From Promethearchaeota archaeon (lineage in GTDB: Archaea; Asgardarchaeota; Lokiarchaeia; Sigyniarchaeales; SOKP01): a stretch of DNA of 64,000 bases. The stretch covers positions 114,566 to 178,565 of the forward strand of contig JBHLOY010000007.1 in NCBI GenBank assembly GCA_048939995.1, read 5' to 3'. A model generated the notes under the pieces. That model saw only the letters and a list, made by a program, of their open reading frames with translations, was not told the origin of the DNA and made no database searches. Within the stretch, counting starts at the first letter, position 1, and each line of letters begins with the position of its first letter. The position numbers and the translations under genes were made by a program. Shown piece after piece: positions 49,858 to 59,689 of this stretch.

Positions 49858-50850
49858 ATGGCTAATATATTGATTACTGGTGGCACTGGGTTTATTGGCA
49901 TTCCATTAGTAGAGAAATTACATCAATTAGAGCACAAAATACACCTATTAGTACGAGAAACAAGCGACATATCTCCTTTTCAACAACTGAATAACATTGA
50001 ATATATTCTTGGTGATATTCGAGATGAAAGTACTTTAGATAAGGCAGTAGAAGGGATCGACATTATATATCATCTTGCTGCATATACGCGTATGTGGGCA
50101 AGAGATTCATCCATTTTTGAAGAAGTGAATATTAAAGCAACCGAAAATATTACTAAAATAGCATTGGAAAAAGGACTAAAATTAAATTATGTTAGCTCAT
50201 TTATTGCGCTTGGAGCTACTCCTATTGAACCTGTGGATGAATCTTTTGAAAGTGAAGAAGGTTTGTTTCTTGATTATGGTAAAACTAAATTTCAAGCTAA
50301 AAAAATAGTAAAAGATTATATTAAGAAAGGTCTTGATGTAACGATATTTTACCCCGGAATTGCTTATGGACCAAGAGATTTTAATATTTTTGGGCAAACT
50401 ATATTAGATATCACCGCGGAAGATTTTCTGGGATGTCCAGGAAAAGGGAAGAATATTGGTAGTTTTGTCTACGTAAATGACATAGTAAATGGATTAATTA
50501 GTGTGATCGGAAGAGATGATTTAAAGGGAGAAGAATTTATCCTTGGGGGAATAAATACAGTTTTTAGTGAGTGGCTTGATCTCATCGCGGAAATTGCTGG
50601 AGTAAAAAAAAAGATTAGACATTTTCCTATGAGTTTAGCACTTTTATATGGTTGGTTATATGAAATTAAGACAAAAATCACAAAAAAAATACCCCATATA
50701 AATCGACCAACAATTAAAATGATTAATTATAACTGGTCTTACTCATCAAAAAAAGCCATTGAAAGGTTAGGTTATAAAATCACACCCTTAAGAGAAGGTT
50801 TAAAGCAGACTATTAATTGGTATAAAAATTATCTTAAAGAGAAGAAATAA
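49858..50850 (+). CDS. extended SDR (NAD-dependent epimerase/3-beta-HSD/HpnA-like)
   Basis: TGGTGFIG, HLAA, YGKTK, YGP.D. Confidence 0.9.
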   Translation: MANILITGGTGFIGIPLVEKLHQLEHKIHLLVRETSDISPFQQLNNIEYILGDIRDESTLDKAVEGIDIIYHLAAYTRMWARDSSIFEEVNIKATENITKIALEKGLKLNYVSSFIALGATPIEPVDESFESEEGLFLDYGKTKFQAKKIVKDYIKKGLDVTIFYPGIAYGPRDFNIFGQTILDITAEDFLGCPGKGKNIGSFVYVNDIVNGLISVIGRDDLKGEEFILGGINTVFSEWLDLIAEIAGVKKKIRHFPMSLALLYGWLYEIKTKITKKIPHINRPTIKMINYNWSYSSKKAIERLGYKITPLREGLKQTINWYKNYLKEKK

Positions 50851-50862
50851 GGTGGTTCATAT

Positions 50863-51333
50863 ATGTTAGATGAAGAATTAACAAGTCAAATACTAGGTAA
50901 AAATGCATATAAAACAGAAATAGTCAAGAAATATACCACATTTCTGTCTAAATTTCCTGAAATATTCTCTGACTTAACTTCTGGTTCGAACTTTGATTTT
51001 GCTATTTATAAATCAATTGATGCATATGATAAGCGATCCCCAATAGATGTTTTTAATGTATTTCGTAATGGACATGGAATTGAAATAAATCCAGGTAGAG
51101 CAAAAGATCCTGATCTAGAGTTAGCATTGTCACTAGAAGCAGTAAATAGATTAATCAAAACAAGTACAAAGGAAGAATATGCTAAACTTCTTGGAAGTTT
51201 TTATAATGAACCCGATGAGGAAAAAGGATGGATTGACTTCTTTTTGCAGAAAAGAACCCAGATTTTAATTGAGATGGGTTATGGAAAATTTGCTCAAACT
51301 GCTGGTATTCTTGAAAGTGATAATGATATATAA
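50863..51333 (+). CDS. hypothetical protein
   Basis: Operonic with flanking genes; GGTGG RBS. Confidence 0.7.
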   Translation: MLDEELTSQILGKNAYKTEIVKKYTTFLSKFPEIFSDLTSGSNFDFAIYKSIDAYDKRSPIDVFNVFRNGHGIEINPGRAKDPDLELALSLEAVNRLIKTSTKEEYAKLLGSFYNEPDEEKGWIDFFLQKRTQILIEMGYGKFAQTAGILESDNDI

Positions 51334-51390
51334 AAACACTTTTTTTAATTTTTTTATGCTAATTTTAAATAATACAAAGGGAAACAAAAT

Positions 51391-52884
51391 ATGACAAAAG
51401 TTCAAGATTTGAAAATAACAAATAAATATACAGGAGAAGTTATTGGGACTGTGCCAGCAGATACGCCAGAAACAGTTCGAAAAAAAATTAAGATTGTACA
51501 TAATAATCAAGATTTGCTAAAGGAAATGGACTTTTTTGAACGCTCTCAACTCCTATCTCAATTTGCAAGTAAAATGCGATTTAAAAAGAATCATTTGAAG
51601 GAGTTAATAGTAGCAGAGGGAGGTTTACCAATCAAGTATTCAGAGTGGGAACTGAATATAGTTACTAATGGATTTCGATTTTGCGATTGGTACTATCAAT
51701 TTTTAGAAGAAAAACAACTAACTAGCATAGAGGGAGAGAAATTTGTAAAAATACGATATATCCCCCATGGAGTTGCAGCATGTATATCACCTCGCAATAC
51801 TCCTATAAGTCTTCCTCTTTATCAATTAGGTGCAAATTATTTAGTTGGGAATGGAGCTATTGTTAAACCTTCAACGGCTTGTCCTTTGACGATGTTAGAA
51901 ACTTATTCTATGATGGAAGAAAATGATCTACCCGCGCTTGAAGCTTTAGACTTAGTAATAGCTCCTGGAGAATGGGCTGTAGACGAATTTCTTCGCTCTT
52001 CATTAATCAAAACTATAATGACTATAACTTCCTCTCATACAGCAAAAGATATATTAGTTCGATATGCTAATATCCTGAAAAAAACAGTCGATAAATCAAT
52101 GGGAGTGGCAATGTACACACAACCATTTAAGAATTTTTTCTTTGAATGCGCAGGGAATGACGCTGGGATTGTCATGGATGATATTAACGTAGAACAAGTA
52201 GCTAAATGGAATGCTATGGCAAGTTATACTAATTCTGGGCAACAATGTTTTTCAATGAAGAGAATTATTGTCCATCAAAATATTTATGATGATTATGTAG
52301 AGTGCTTGGTAAAGGAAATTGAGAAATTGAAGTACGGAGATCCGAAGGATCCAGATGTAGATATAGGTCCATTAGGTAGTCGGAGGATTTTAATGATGAT
52401 GGAAGTAATGGTCGCAGATGCAAAGAAATATAATGTCAAGATTTTTACTGGTGGTGAAAAGATTGATACAGGAGAAGATTATGGATTATTTTATAAACCT
52501 ACATTGGTAGAAATAAAACCAGAATTATGTGAAGACCTATCGAAAGCTCCCTTTTTGTGGAGAGAAGAAGCTTTCGGTCCTGTAAGATCTATAACTAAAG
52601 CTAAAGATTTAAAAGATGCAATAAGATTAGCTAACGCTAGTAATTATGGAATGAGAGCAGTTGCGTATACATCGAACTTAGAAAACATTGAGACTTTTAA
52701 GAATCAATTAGAAGCCGCAAATATTTACATTAATGCAAGACCTATGCTTACTGATATTACTGTAGCTTTGGGTGGTATAAAAGATTCTGCATATCCACCA
52801 GGTTGCAAATATTATCCTCAAGAATTAGTTTATGGAAAATATATTTATGATGGGACTTCCATTAACCTAAAAAAGGTTAAATGA
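51391..52884 (+). CDS. aldehyde dehydrogenase family (divergent)
   Basis: P.GV...ISP.N.P, KPS, E.AGND, SGQQC, EEAFGP. Confidence 0.88.
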   Translation: MTKVQDLKITNKYTGEVIGTVPADTPETVRKKIKIVHNNQDLLKEMDFFERSQLLSQFASKMRFKKNHLKELIVAEGGLPIKYSEWELNIVTNGFRFCDWYYQFLEEKQLTSIEGEKFVKIRYIPHGVAACISPRNTPISLPLYQLGANYLVGNGAIVKPSTACPLTMLETYSMMEENDLPALEALDLVIAPGEWAVDEFLRSSLIKTIMTITSSHTAKDILVRYANILKKTVDKSMGVAMYTQPFKNFFFECAGNDAGIVMDDINVEQVAKWNAMASYTNSGQQCFSMKRIIVHQNIYDDYVECLVKEIEKLKYGDPKDPDVDIGPLGSRRILMMMEVMVADAKKYNVKIFTGGEKIDTGEDYGLFYKPTLVEIKPELCEDLSKAPFLWREEAFGPVRSITKAKDLKDAIRLANASNYGMRAVAYTSNLENIETFKNQLEAANIYINARPMLTDITVALGGIKDSAYPPGCKYYPQELVYGKYIYDGTSINLKKVK

Positions 52885-52924
52885 TTATATGGAACAAATT
52901 GCAAAAAGAATTTTATTTTATTAT

Positions 52925-53608
52925 TTAAATCTTTAAAGCTATCTTTCTTTTACTCAAGATTACAATCGTTATGGCAGCCATCGCAACAATCATAAATCCA
53001 ATAAAATAAATTCCCATAGGAATCATAAGGAACGTTGCTTCCACCTTAACGAATGGTCTTAAAATAGGATATTCATACAAACATTCTGTAACAAGAACAC
53101 CCTTATCATTATAAATTCTTTCATGTAAATATTCTCTATCAGTTTGAGCTCTTAAAATAGTAGAAATTTTATGGTCATCAACGGTGTACTCGGGTTCAAA
53201 ATAACTCTCTACTTCTGAGAGATAATCCACGATGGGAACGGGTAAAAAAACAGAATCATTATAGTGATATGGATATTTTCGTACGGGCATAAGCTGATAG
53301 GAACCTTGCTCACTCCAATCTGCATCATAGTCCCAAAAATATGCGTATATCATCCAATGGTATTCATGGTCTTCTACCTCTTCTATAATAGCCCGGATTC
53401 TATCTCCAACTTCATAATTGGGTTCATAACCCAGAACTCTTATAAAAACATCTGTGTCTAATTGAGTGATTTCCCATACATACTCATCATTTTTATGTAT
53501 CGCCATAGAATAAGTTGCTTGTGCTTTAACATCAACATTAGTATATAGAGAAAATAACGTAAGATTTATCAGTGCTATTATAAAGAATAATTTAAATTTA
53601 TTTTTCAA
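52925..53608 (-). CDS. secreted protein with C-terminal membrane anchor
   Basis: N-terminal signal peptide; C-terminal IPMG...TM...KRK. Confidence 0.7.
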   Translation of the reverse strand: MKNKFKLFFIIALINLTLFSLYTNVDVKAQATYSMAIHKNDEYVWEITQLDTDVFIRVLGYEPNYEVGDRIRAIIEEVEDHEYHWMIYAYFWDYDADWSEQGSYQLMPVRKYPYHYNDSVFLPVPIVDYLSEVESYFEPEYTVDDHKISTILRAQTDREYLHERIYNDKGVLVTECLYEYPILRPFVKVEATFLMIPMGIYFIGFMIVAMAAITIVILSKRKIALKI

Positions 53609-53780
53609 TTTCCCAACTTAGATTCATTATTGTTTATTATTATATGCGATAATAGTATATTGAGATTTTTATATTTTTTTTTAATTTATGATAAGTTAAC
53701 ACAATAATTTGACAATTTTTCGATAACTCAAGATATAAATAATTAAAAATTTAATTATAGAAAAACAATTAGTTGATATT

Positions 53781-55199
53781 ATGAATAAAGAAGATATTTG
53801 TTACATGTCAGCCTGTGACATGGCCGATATGATAAAAAGACAAGAATTAACTTCAGTAGAAATAACTGAGACTATTATTGAAAGAATTCAAAAGATAAAT
53901 CCGATAATAAATGCATATTGCACTCTTACTTTCGATTTAGCTAGAGAAATGGCTAAAAGAGCTGATGAGGCAGTTAAAAAAGGTGAAAAACTAGGCTTAA
54001 TACATGGAGTACCCACATCCATAAAAGACTTAGTTTTTACTAAAGGAATTAGGACTACATTTGGGTCGAAAATATATGAGAATTTTATCCCTGAGGAAGA
54101 TGAAATTATTGTTAAAAGATTAAAAGACGCGGGATGTGTAATTTTGGGAAAAACAAATACTCCTGAGTTTGGATGGGCAGGAGTAACCTATAATTTAATT
54201 TTTGGGGATAGTCTCAATCCTTGGAATTTAGAAAGGACAACTGGAGGATCAAGTGGAGGAGCTGCAGCGGCTGTAGCTAGTGGAATAAGTCCATTAGCAC
54301 AAGGATCTGATGGAGGAGGTTCCTTAAGACATCCAACTGCTTTATGTGGAGTATATGGTCTTAAGCCCCATTATGGGAGAATTCCTAAATATCCCTCAAT
54401 AGGATTTGCAGGATTCTTATTATCAGTTCAAGGACCTATTACTAGATATGTTAAAGATGCAGCTCTTATGTTAGATGTTATGAAAGGTCCTTATGAAAGT
54501 GACATGGAAAGTTTACCAGAACAAAATGTCAATTATAGTGAGGAAATTAAACAGCTTCCTAAAAAGTTAAAAATTGGATACTCAATGGATTTTGGCTACG
54601 CAAAAGCGATTGATCAAGATGTTGAAAGATGTATATTAGATTCTGTTAAAAAATTTGAAAAATTAGAGTGGGAAGTTAGTAAGGCAAAAATAAAACTAAG
54701 AGCGCCCAATTTACCTTTCATAACTTTATGGACTGCGTGTTATGCTTATGATTTAAAATCTTTATTAACGAAATGGAGAGACAAAATAGATCCTGAGTTT
54801 ATTAAAGCTGTTGATGCAGGATTTAGTTATGATAGTATTTCTATTATGAAAGCTTTTGCTTTACGTAAAAAGATATATGATGCATTTTACAACCAATTTA
54901 AAGAGTATGATGTAATCATAAGTCCCACAACTGCAATTCCCGCCTTTAAACTTGGTATTCGGTTTCCCACTGAAATCAATGGAAAGGGAGTATCTCCTGT
55001 AGCATGGATGCCATTTACCTTCCCTATTAATATGATAGGTAATCCTGCAGCCTCAATCCCAGCTGGTTTCTCTAGAGAGGGATTGCCTATAGGAATGCAG
55101 ATTATAGGACGAAGATTTGATGAATTAACAGTATTACAAGTTTCAAAAGCTTTTGAAGAGATTGCTCCTTGGCAAGATAAAAGACCTAAACTAGAATGA
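53781..55199 (+). CDS. amidase signature family protein
   Basis: GVP.SIKD, GKTNTPEFG, GGSSGG, GSDGGGS.R.P. Confidence 0.93.
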   Translation: MNKEDICYMSACDMADMIKRQELTSVEITETIIERIQKINPIINAYCTLTFDLAREMAKRADEAVKKGEKLGLIHGVPTSIKDLVFTKGIRTTFGSKIYENFIPEEDEIIVKRLKDAGCVILGKTNTPEFGWAGVTYNLIFGDSLNPWNLERTTGGSSGGAAAAVASGISPLAQGSDGGGSLRHPTALCGVYGLKPHYGRIPKYPSIGFAGFLLSVQGPITRYVKDAALMLDVMKGPYESDMESLPEQNVNYSEEIKQLPKKLKIGYSMDFGYAKAIDQDVERCILDSVKKFEKLEWEVSKAKIKLRAPNLPFITLWTACYAYDLKSLLTKWRDKIDPEFIKAVDAGFSYDSISIMKAFALRKKIYDAFYNQFKEYDVIISPTTAIPAFKLGIRFPTEINGKGVSPVAWMPFTFPINMIGNPAASIPAGFSREGLPIGMQIIGRRFDELTVLQVSKAFEEIAPWQDKRPKLE

Positions 55200-56279
55200 T
55201 TTCATATTAGAGGTAGTTATGTAAGTAGAATCTCCAATCGTAATATTATTTTTTATTAAGTCTTCTAAAACTGAATAGTCTCCAATAATACTATTAGCGG
55301 ATATTATTTTTCTCATGATAACTCCATCTCCAATTACAGACTCAGAAAGAATACATCTATCAATTGTTAAATCATCACCAATTGATACGTTGGGTCCTAT
55401 TACTGAATTAGTGATTTTTACATCGTTTCCAATGAACACAGGGGGCACTATTTTTGAATCAATAATATTACCTGTATGAAATAATTTCTCATATAAGGGA
55501 TCTTCAATCTTCATTTCAGAAAGAAGATGTCGATTTCCATCCAATAAGCTTTCAGGACGACCAAAATCTAAAACCTCGCTCTGCATCTCATTACATTTAA
55601 ATTTTATATTCTCCTCAATGAGTTTCTGAATGATTGGAGTTAAATGGTGTTCTTTCCCGTTTTCAAGTTTAACTTGACTTTGTTCTTCTAATAATTTGAA
55701 TAGTCTTGTTGTTACTTCTTTTCCAAATAGATATGCTCCAGACACAGCGTAGTTGGAAATAAAATCCTTTGGTTTCTCTACTATTTTTTTAATATAACCC
55801 TTTTCATCCAAAATTGTTACCCCGTAATATCGGGGATCCTTTACATTTTTTATATTTATTACGCCATCGCAATCTCCTTGATGGTAAGTCAAAAGAATAG
55901 AAGAGTAATCATCTAAAGGTAATCGATCGCTAAGAAAAATAAAACAATCTTCGTTAGAAGCAAAATCTTTAGCTAAAAGAATCGCATCCCCTAATCCACT
56001 GAAAAAAGGGGTGTCTGATTCGTATGCTAGGGGAATTTGCTCGACAAAATGCAACTTAAAAAAGTCTGAATAATTTTGCTTCAAATATTCAGCAATTTGT
56101 CTTTTTTTATAACCTAAAATGAAACAAATGTTTGTATTTTTTGAAAAAGTCTTTTTCAATTTAATTAAGATATGATCAATTAATCTTTTACCCGCAACTT
56201 TTAAAAAAGCTTTGGGCTTAGCATAGGTAAAAGGTTGAAGGCGTGTTCCAACTCCTGCAATAGGACAAATTAACCACAT
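55191..56279 (-). CDS. glucose-1-phosphate thymidylyltransferase-like NTP transferase with left-handed beta-helix tail
   Basis: AGVGTRLQP.T..KPK, VEKP, D.G.P, IGPNVSIG. Confidence 0.88.
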   Translation of the reverse strand: MWLICPIAGVGTRLQPFTYAKPKAFLKVAGKRLIDHILIKLKKTFSKNTNICFILGYKKRQIAEYLKQNYSDFFKLHFVEQIPLAYESDTPFFSGLGDAILLAKDFASNEDCFIFLSDRLPLDDYSSILLTYHQGDCDGVINIKNVKDPRYYGVTILDEKGYIKKIVEKPKDFISNYAVSGAYLFGKEVTTRLFKLLEEQSQVKLENGKEHHLTPIIQKLIEENIKFKCNEMQSEVLDFGRPESLLDGNRHLLSEMKIEDPLYEKLFHTGNIIDSKIVPPVFIGNDVKITNSVIGPNVSIGDDLTIDRCILSESVIGDGVIMRKIISANSIIGDYSVLEDLIKNNITIGDSTYITTSNMKSF

Positions 56280-56326
56280 TCTTTTATCTTATACTTATGT
56301 TTATTAAAGAATCTTGTTTGATAAGA

Positions 56327-56839
56327 TCATGATTCAAGAAGTTTTCTTAAAATCTCATAATATTCCGCTTCTTTTAATTTTTCTTTTATAGTTTGGTTTA
56401 ATTTTCTGAGATAATAATTATCAGATGATGTTCTAGTAATATTTTTTAACTTTTTATTAAATGCAATTCGAGTTTTTTCGTCTAAAAAGGTTGGTGGAAT
56501 CTTTTTATATTCTTTTTTTAAGATATTATCATCGATGGCTTGTATTGAACTATCTGAGATGAGTTTATTATATAAATTTCTGATCCAAGTTTCAATTTTA
56601 TCAATATCCCCCCTGATATAATTTCTTTGATTTAACCATTCGTTAAACTTTGTAATTTCTTGTAAAAATTCTGATTTTGGGCCACCCTTCTCTTCTTTAC
56701 TTTCCTTTTTAACCAATTCTTCTATTTTTTTCTTTTTTAAATCATATTTTTCCTCCTTAGATAAACTTCTGTACTTTTCTTCCCTTCTTTTTCTTGCTTC
56801 ACCAATTGTTTCATCTTCTAACCATTTTTTAATTGACAT
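56327..56839 (-). CDS. hypothetical charged helical protein
   Basis: K/E-rich ORF. Confidence 0.7.
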   Translation of the reverse strand: MSIKKWLEDETIGEARKRREEKYRSLSKEEKYDLKKKKIEELVKKESKEEKGGPKSEFLQEITKFNEWLNQRNYIRGDIDKIETWIRNLYNKLISDSSIQAIDDNILKKEYKKIPPTFLDEKTRIAFNKKLKNITRTSSDNYYLRKLNQTIKEKLKEAEYYEILRKLLES

Positions 56840-56968
56840 GCTCTTACAAATAAATATTTAACTTTAATGAAAAAGTTGTTTATTATTAATAAATTAACAA
56901 ATCTAAATCAAATTCTGCTTATAAAAAGAGAGAGATAGATTAAAATTCAGAAATAATCATACTAAATA

Positions 56969-57739
56969 ATGAGCATGAAATTAGAAGGTTTAATTTTTGA
57001 TTTTGGTTTTACATTATTTGAATTCAAAGAAGCTTCGGTTGAAAAATATTTTGAATGTTACAGAAAAGGACTCAAAAAAGCGATAGAAAAGTTAAAGATT
57101 ATTAAAATTTTAAATAATAAGGAAAATATAAACGAATTTTCCAAACTCTTCAATAAAAAAAGATCACTCTTTTTCAAACAGAGTCTAAAAACACAAAGTG
57201 AATTTCCCACATCATATATATTTGAATTAATTTGGGAAGAAATGAATCTTAAAAAGGCAAGTCAAGAAATATATTTTGAATTAGCAGATCTATATCATTC
57301 TTATGAGGAGGAGGAATGGGTTCCCTTTGAAAAAACTAAAAGCACTTTAGAGGAATTATCAAAATTTAAGAATCTTAAATTAGCTGTATTGTCTAATCAT
57401 CCACATCATCCAACCATAATCAATTTGCTTAAGAAGCATAATTTGATAAACTTCTTTGATGCCGTAGTCACATCCGCTGAATTTGGCAAGAGAAAACCAG
57501 ATCCGGATATCTTTCTCTATACTATTGAAAAAATGGGACTTGAATCACCAAACTCCTGTATGATTTGTGGAGATGAACATGCAGATATAGTTGGAGGAAG
57601 TAAGGCTGGATTGCAAACAATACTGTGCGAAAGAATGTTTAAGTTTCCTTTTGAAAGAGAAATTGAGACCCAAAATTATACAAAAGTGAATGATATTTCA
57701 GAAATAATTCATATATTGACTAAAAACCAATTGATTTAG
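56969..57739 (+). CDS. HAD-family hydrolase
   Basis: FDFGFTL, LSN, KPDP.IF, GD...D. Confidence 0.88.
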   Translation: MSMKLEGLIFDFGFTLFEFKEASVEKYFECYRKGLKKAIEKLKIIKILNNKENINEFSKLFNKKRSLFFKQSLKTQSEFPTSYIFELIWEEMNLKKASQEIYFELADLYHSYEEEEWVPFEKTKSTLEELSKFKNLKLAVLSNHPHHPTIINLLKKHNLINFFDAVVTSAEFGKRKPDPDIFLYTIEKMGLESPNSCMICGDEHADIVGGSKAGLQTILCERMFKFPFEREIETQNYTKVNDISEIIHILTKNQLI

Positions 57740-57835
57740 ACCCACATCTTTAGATAAATCTTACGATAATATTGCATATAAATTTCCTATAAAAATTCAT
57801 TAAACGGGTCTAATTATATATTTTTTATAAAAAGA

Positions 57836-57939
57836 CAGCCCAGGAGGGATATATTCCTTAATGAGTTGACTCTCAAAAGTTTGAACCCCCGATTTTCAGC
57901 TCCGCAAGCTGACGCCCTATCCAACTAGGCCACTGGGCT
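57836..57939 (-). tRNA. tRNA-Arg(GCG) with 30-nt non-canonical intron in the T-loop
   Basis: Acceptor AGCCCAG/CTGGGCT+G, D-arm, anticodon arm TCAGC-TTGCGGA-GCTGA. The T-arm GGGGG-TTCAAAT-CCCTC is restored only after removing about 57851-57880. Confidence 0.92.
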
Positions 57940-58030
57940 ATTAAAGTTTTTATATTTAATTATATAACATGATATTAAATCTAATAAATCTATAATATTT
58001 TGTCATTTAAACTAAATAATAGTTAAAATA

Positions 58031-58696
58031 ATGTATGAACAATATTGCGTCATTTTTGATATGGATGGTGTTTTAGCAGATACGGGACGGATCCATTTTG
58101 ATAGCTGGGTTAAATTAGCTAACGAAATTGGTAAAAAATTTACAAAGGATTTTTTTAAGGAAACCTTTGGTCAGACAAGCTCTGAAATTGTCAGAAAATT
58201 AGTTGGATCTGATATTAATCAAAAAAAAATCGAATACATGGCAAATTCAAAAGAAAAATATTATCGTGAAATGGTTAAAGATAAATTAAAGCCATTACCT
58301 GGGGTTTTAGATTTAATTAGAAATCTTAAAAAGAGAAAATTTAATTTGGCAGTTGGATCAAGTGGTCCAAAAGCAAATGTGGAATTATTATTATCTAGTC
58401 TAAAGATAAAGAAATATTTCGATTGTATTATGACTGGTGATGATGTAAAAGTTGGAAAGCCGGCTCCAGATGTATTTATTTCTGTTTCCAAAAAATTAAA
58501 TATTAAACCAAAGAGATGTATTGTTTTTGAGGATGCTCCAGTAGGTATTACAGCTGCAAAACGGGCTGGTATGAATGTAATAGCTCTTACTACTACACAT
58601 AAAAAAAATGATCTTATGAATGCAGATTTAGTTTTTAAAGATTTATCTTATGTTGAACTCAAGAGTATGATTCAATTGCTGGAAACAGAAAATTAA
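58031..58696 (+). CDS. HAD phosphatase (beta-PGM-like)
   Basis: FDMDGVL, GKPAPD, FEDAP.G. Confidence 0.9.
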   Translation: MYEQYCVIFDMDGVLADTGRIHFDSWVKLANEIGKKFTKDFFKETFGQTSSEIVRKLVGSDINQKKIEYMANSKEKYYREMVKDKLKPLPGVLDLIRNLKKRKFNLAVGSSGPKANVELLLSSLKIKKYFDCIMTGDDVKVGKPAPDVFISVSKKLNIKPKRCIVFEDAPVGITAAKRAGMNVIALTTTHKKNDLMNADLVFKDLSYVELKSMIQLLETEN

Positions 58697-58807
58697 GATT
58701 TTGCGTTTTTTAGATAAAAATCTTTAATATATACGGAAAATATGACAACATTAATTTACTAAGAAAAACTAGACTTAATTAAAGAATTTGAAAATTGATA
58801 AAAGGTA

Positions 58808-59254
58808 ATGGTGTTCGAAAGAAATAGGGACCTATGGATAATTGTTTGCGTATTCTCAATTGTAGCATTAGTCATCTTTTTTCTTGCACCGCTTATTATG
58901 AGTTTCTTTTTATATTTTGCGAATTTTTGGTACATTTCCTTCCCAGTTTTCATTTCGATACTTGTTATCTTAAGTATTACCTACCGTAGAATGTCCAAAA
59001 AGACTTTATATCAAACTCTCGATAGTATAGGTAATCAAAGACAGTACGTGAAAGAAACTGGTGATTATGCTATAAATAAAGGAAAACTAACTAATTCTTA
59101 TAAGAAGTGGTTAATGAAGGACATATCGAATATAAAAATTACCGCAAAAGAAGATTCCATTAATGAGGTTATCATCTTGGTTATTGGGTTGGTTATTTTC
59201 ATACTTTTTGGCTTTGCAATCATGTCCTATCTTGGTTTTTATTTTAGATTTTAA
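58808..59254 (+). CDS. membrane protein
   Basis: About 3 TM helices. Confidence 0.65.
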   Translation: MVFERNRDLWIIVCVFSIVALVIFFLAPLIMSFFLYFANFWYISFPVFISILVILSITYRRMSKKTLYQTLDSIGNQRQYVKETGDYAINKGKLTNSYKKWLMKDISNIKITAKEDSINEVIILVIGLVIFILFGFAIMSYLGFYFRF

Positions 59255-59270
59255 GAATAAGTTAGGAAAT

Positions 59271-59552
59271 TCAATCATAATCTGAATTAGTTCCAATTAA
59301 AGTTGTAGTCTCTTCGATCCATTGCGAAAGATCATCGTCTAATCTTATAAAAGTTTCTATTTTGCTTAATTCTTGTAATTTAGAAAAAGAGCATTCTACT
59401 ATTACATCCCATCCTCCATATATAGGAGTGGCATAGGTCACTCTCCATTTTTCTTCATGACTAGTTGACTTAAGCCTTGAAAGCTTTTCTACTACCTTCC
59501 ATTCTGTTCCGATTGCCTTAAGTCTAATTAGGATATATCCCCTGAAATACAT
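59271..59552 (-). CDS. stand-alone Lrp/AsnC ligand-binding domain
   Basis: YILI...G.E..V, YGGWDVIVE, I.ETTTLI. Confidence 0.8.
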   Translation of the reverse strand: MYFRGYILIRLKAIGTEWKVVEKLSRLKSTSHEEKWRVTYATPIYGGWDVIVECSFSKLQELSKIETFIRLDDDLSQWIEETTTLIGTNSDYD

Positions 59553-59689
59553 AACTTAAATGAACTTTTTTAATTGCTATTATGCTTTATTAATATTATT
59601 TAAAAATTGTTAAAAGAATTATTTCTTTGAAAATTATATAATTTGATATAATTAAAATTGTTATTGCATTCCTTAGATGATCTATATTC

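Noticed and set aside
53781-55199. gatA assignment for the amidase
   Set aside because: It has GSDGGGS rather than the GatA-typical SDTGGS..QP, and there is no gatB or gatC nearby; general amidase.
56969-58696. tRNA-Arg as an integration site
   Set aside because: No integrase and no duplicated tRNA 3' end; the flanks are ordinary HAD genes.
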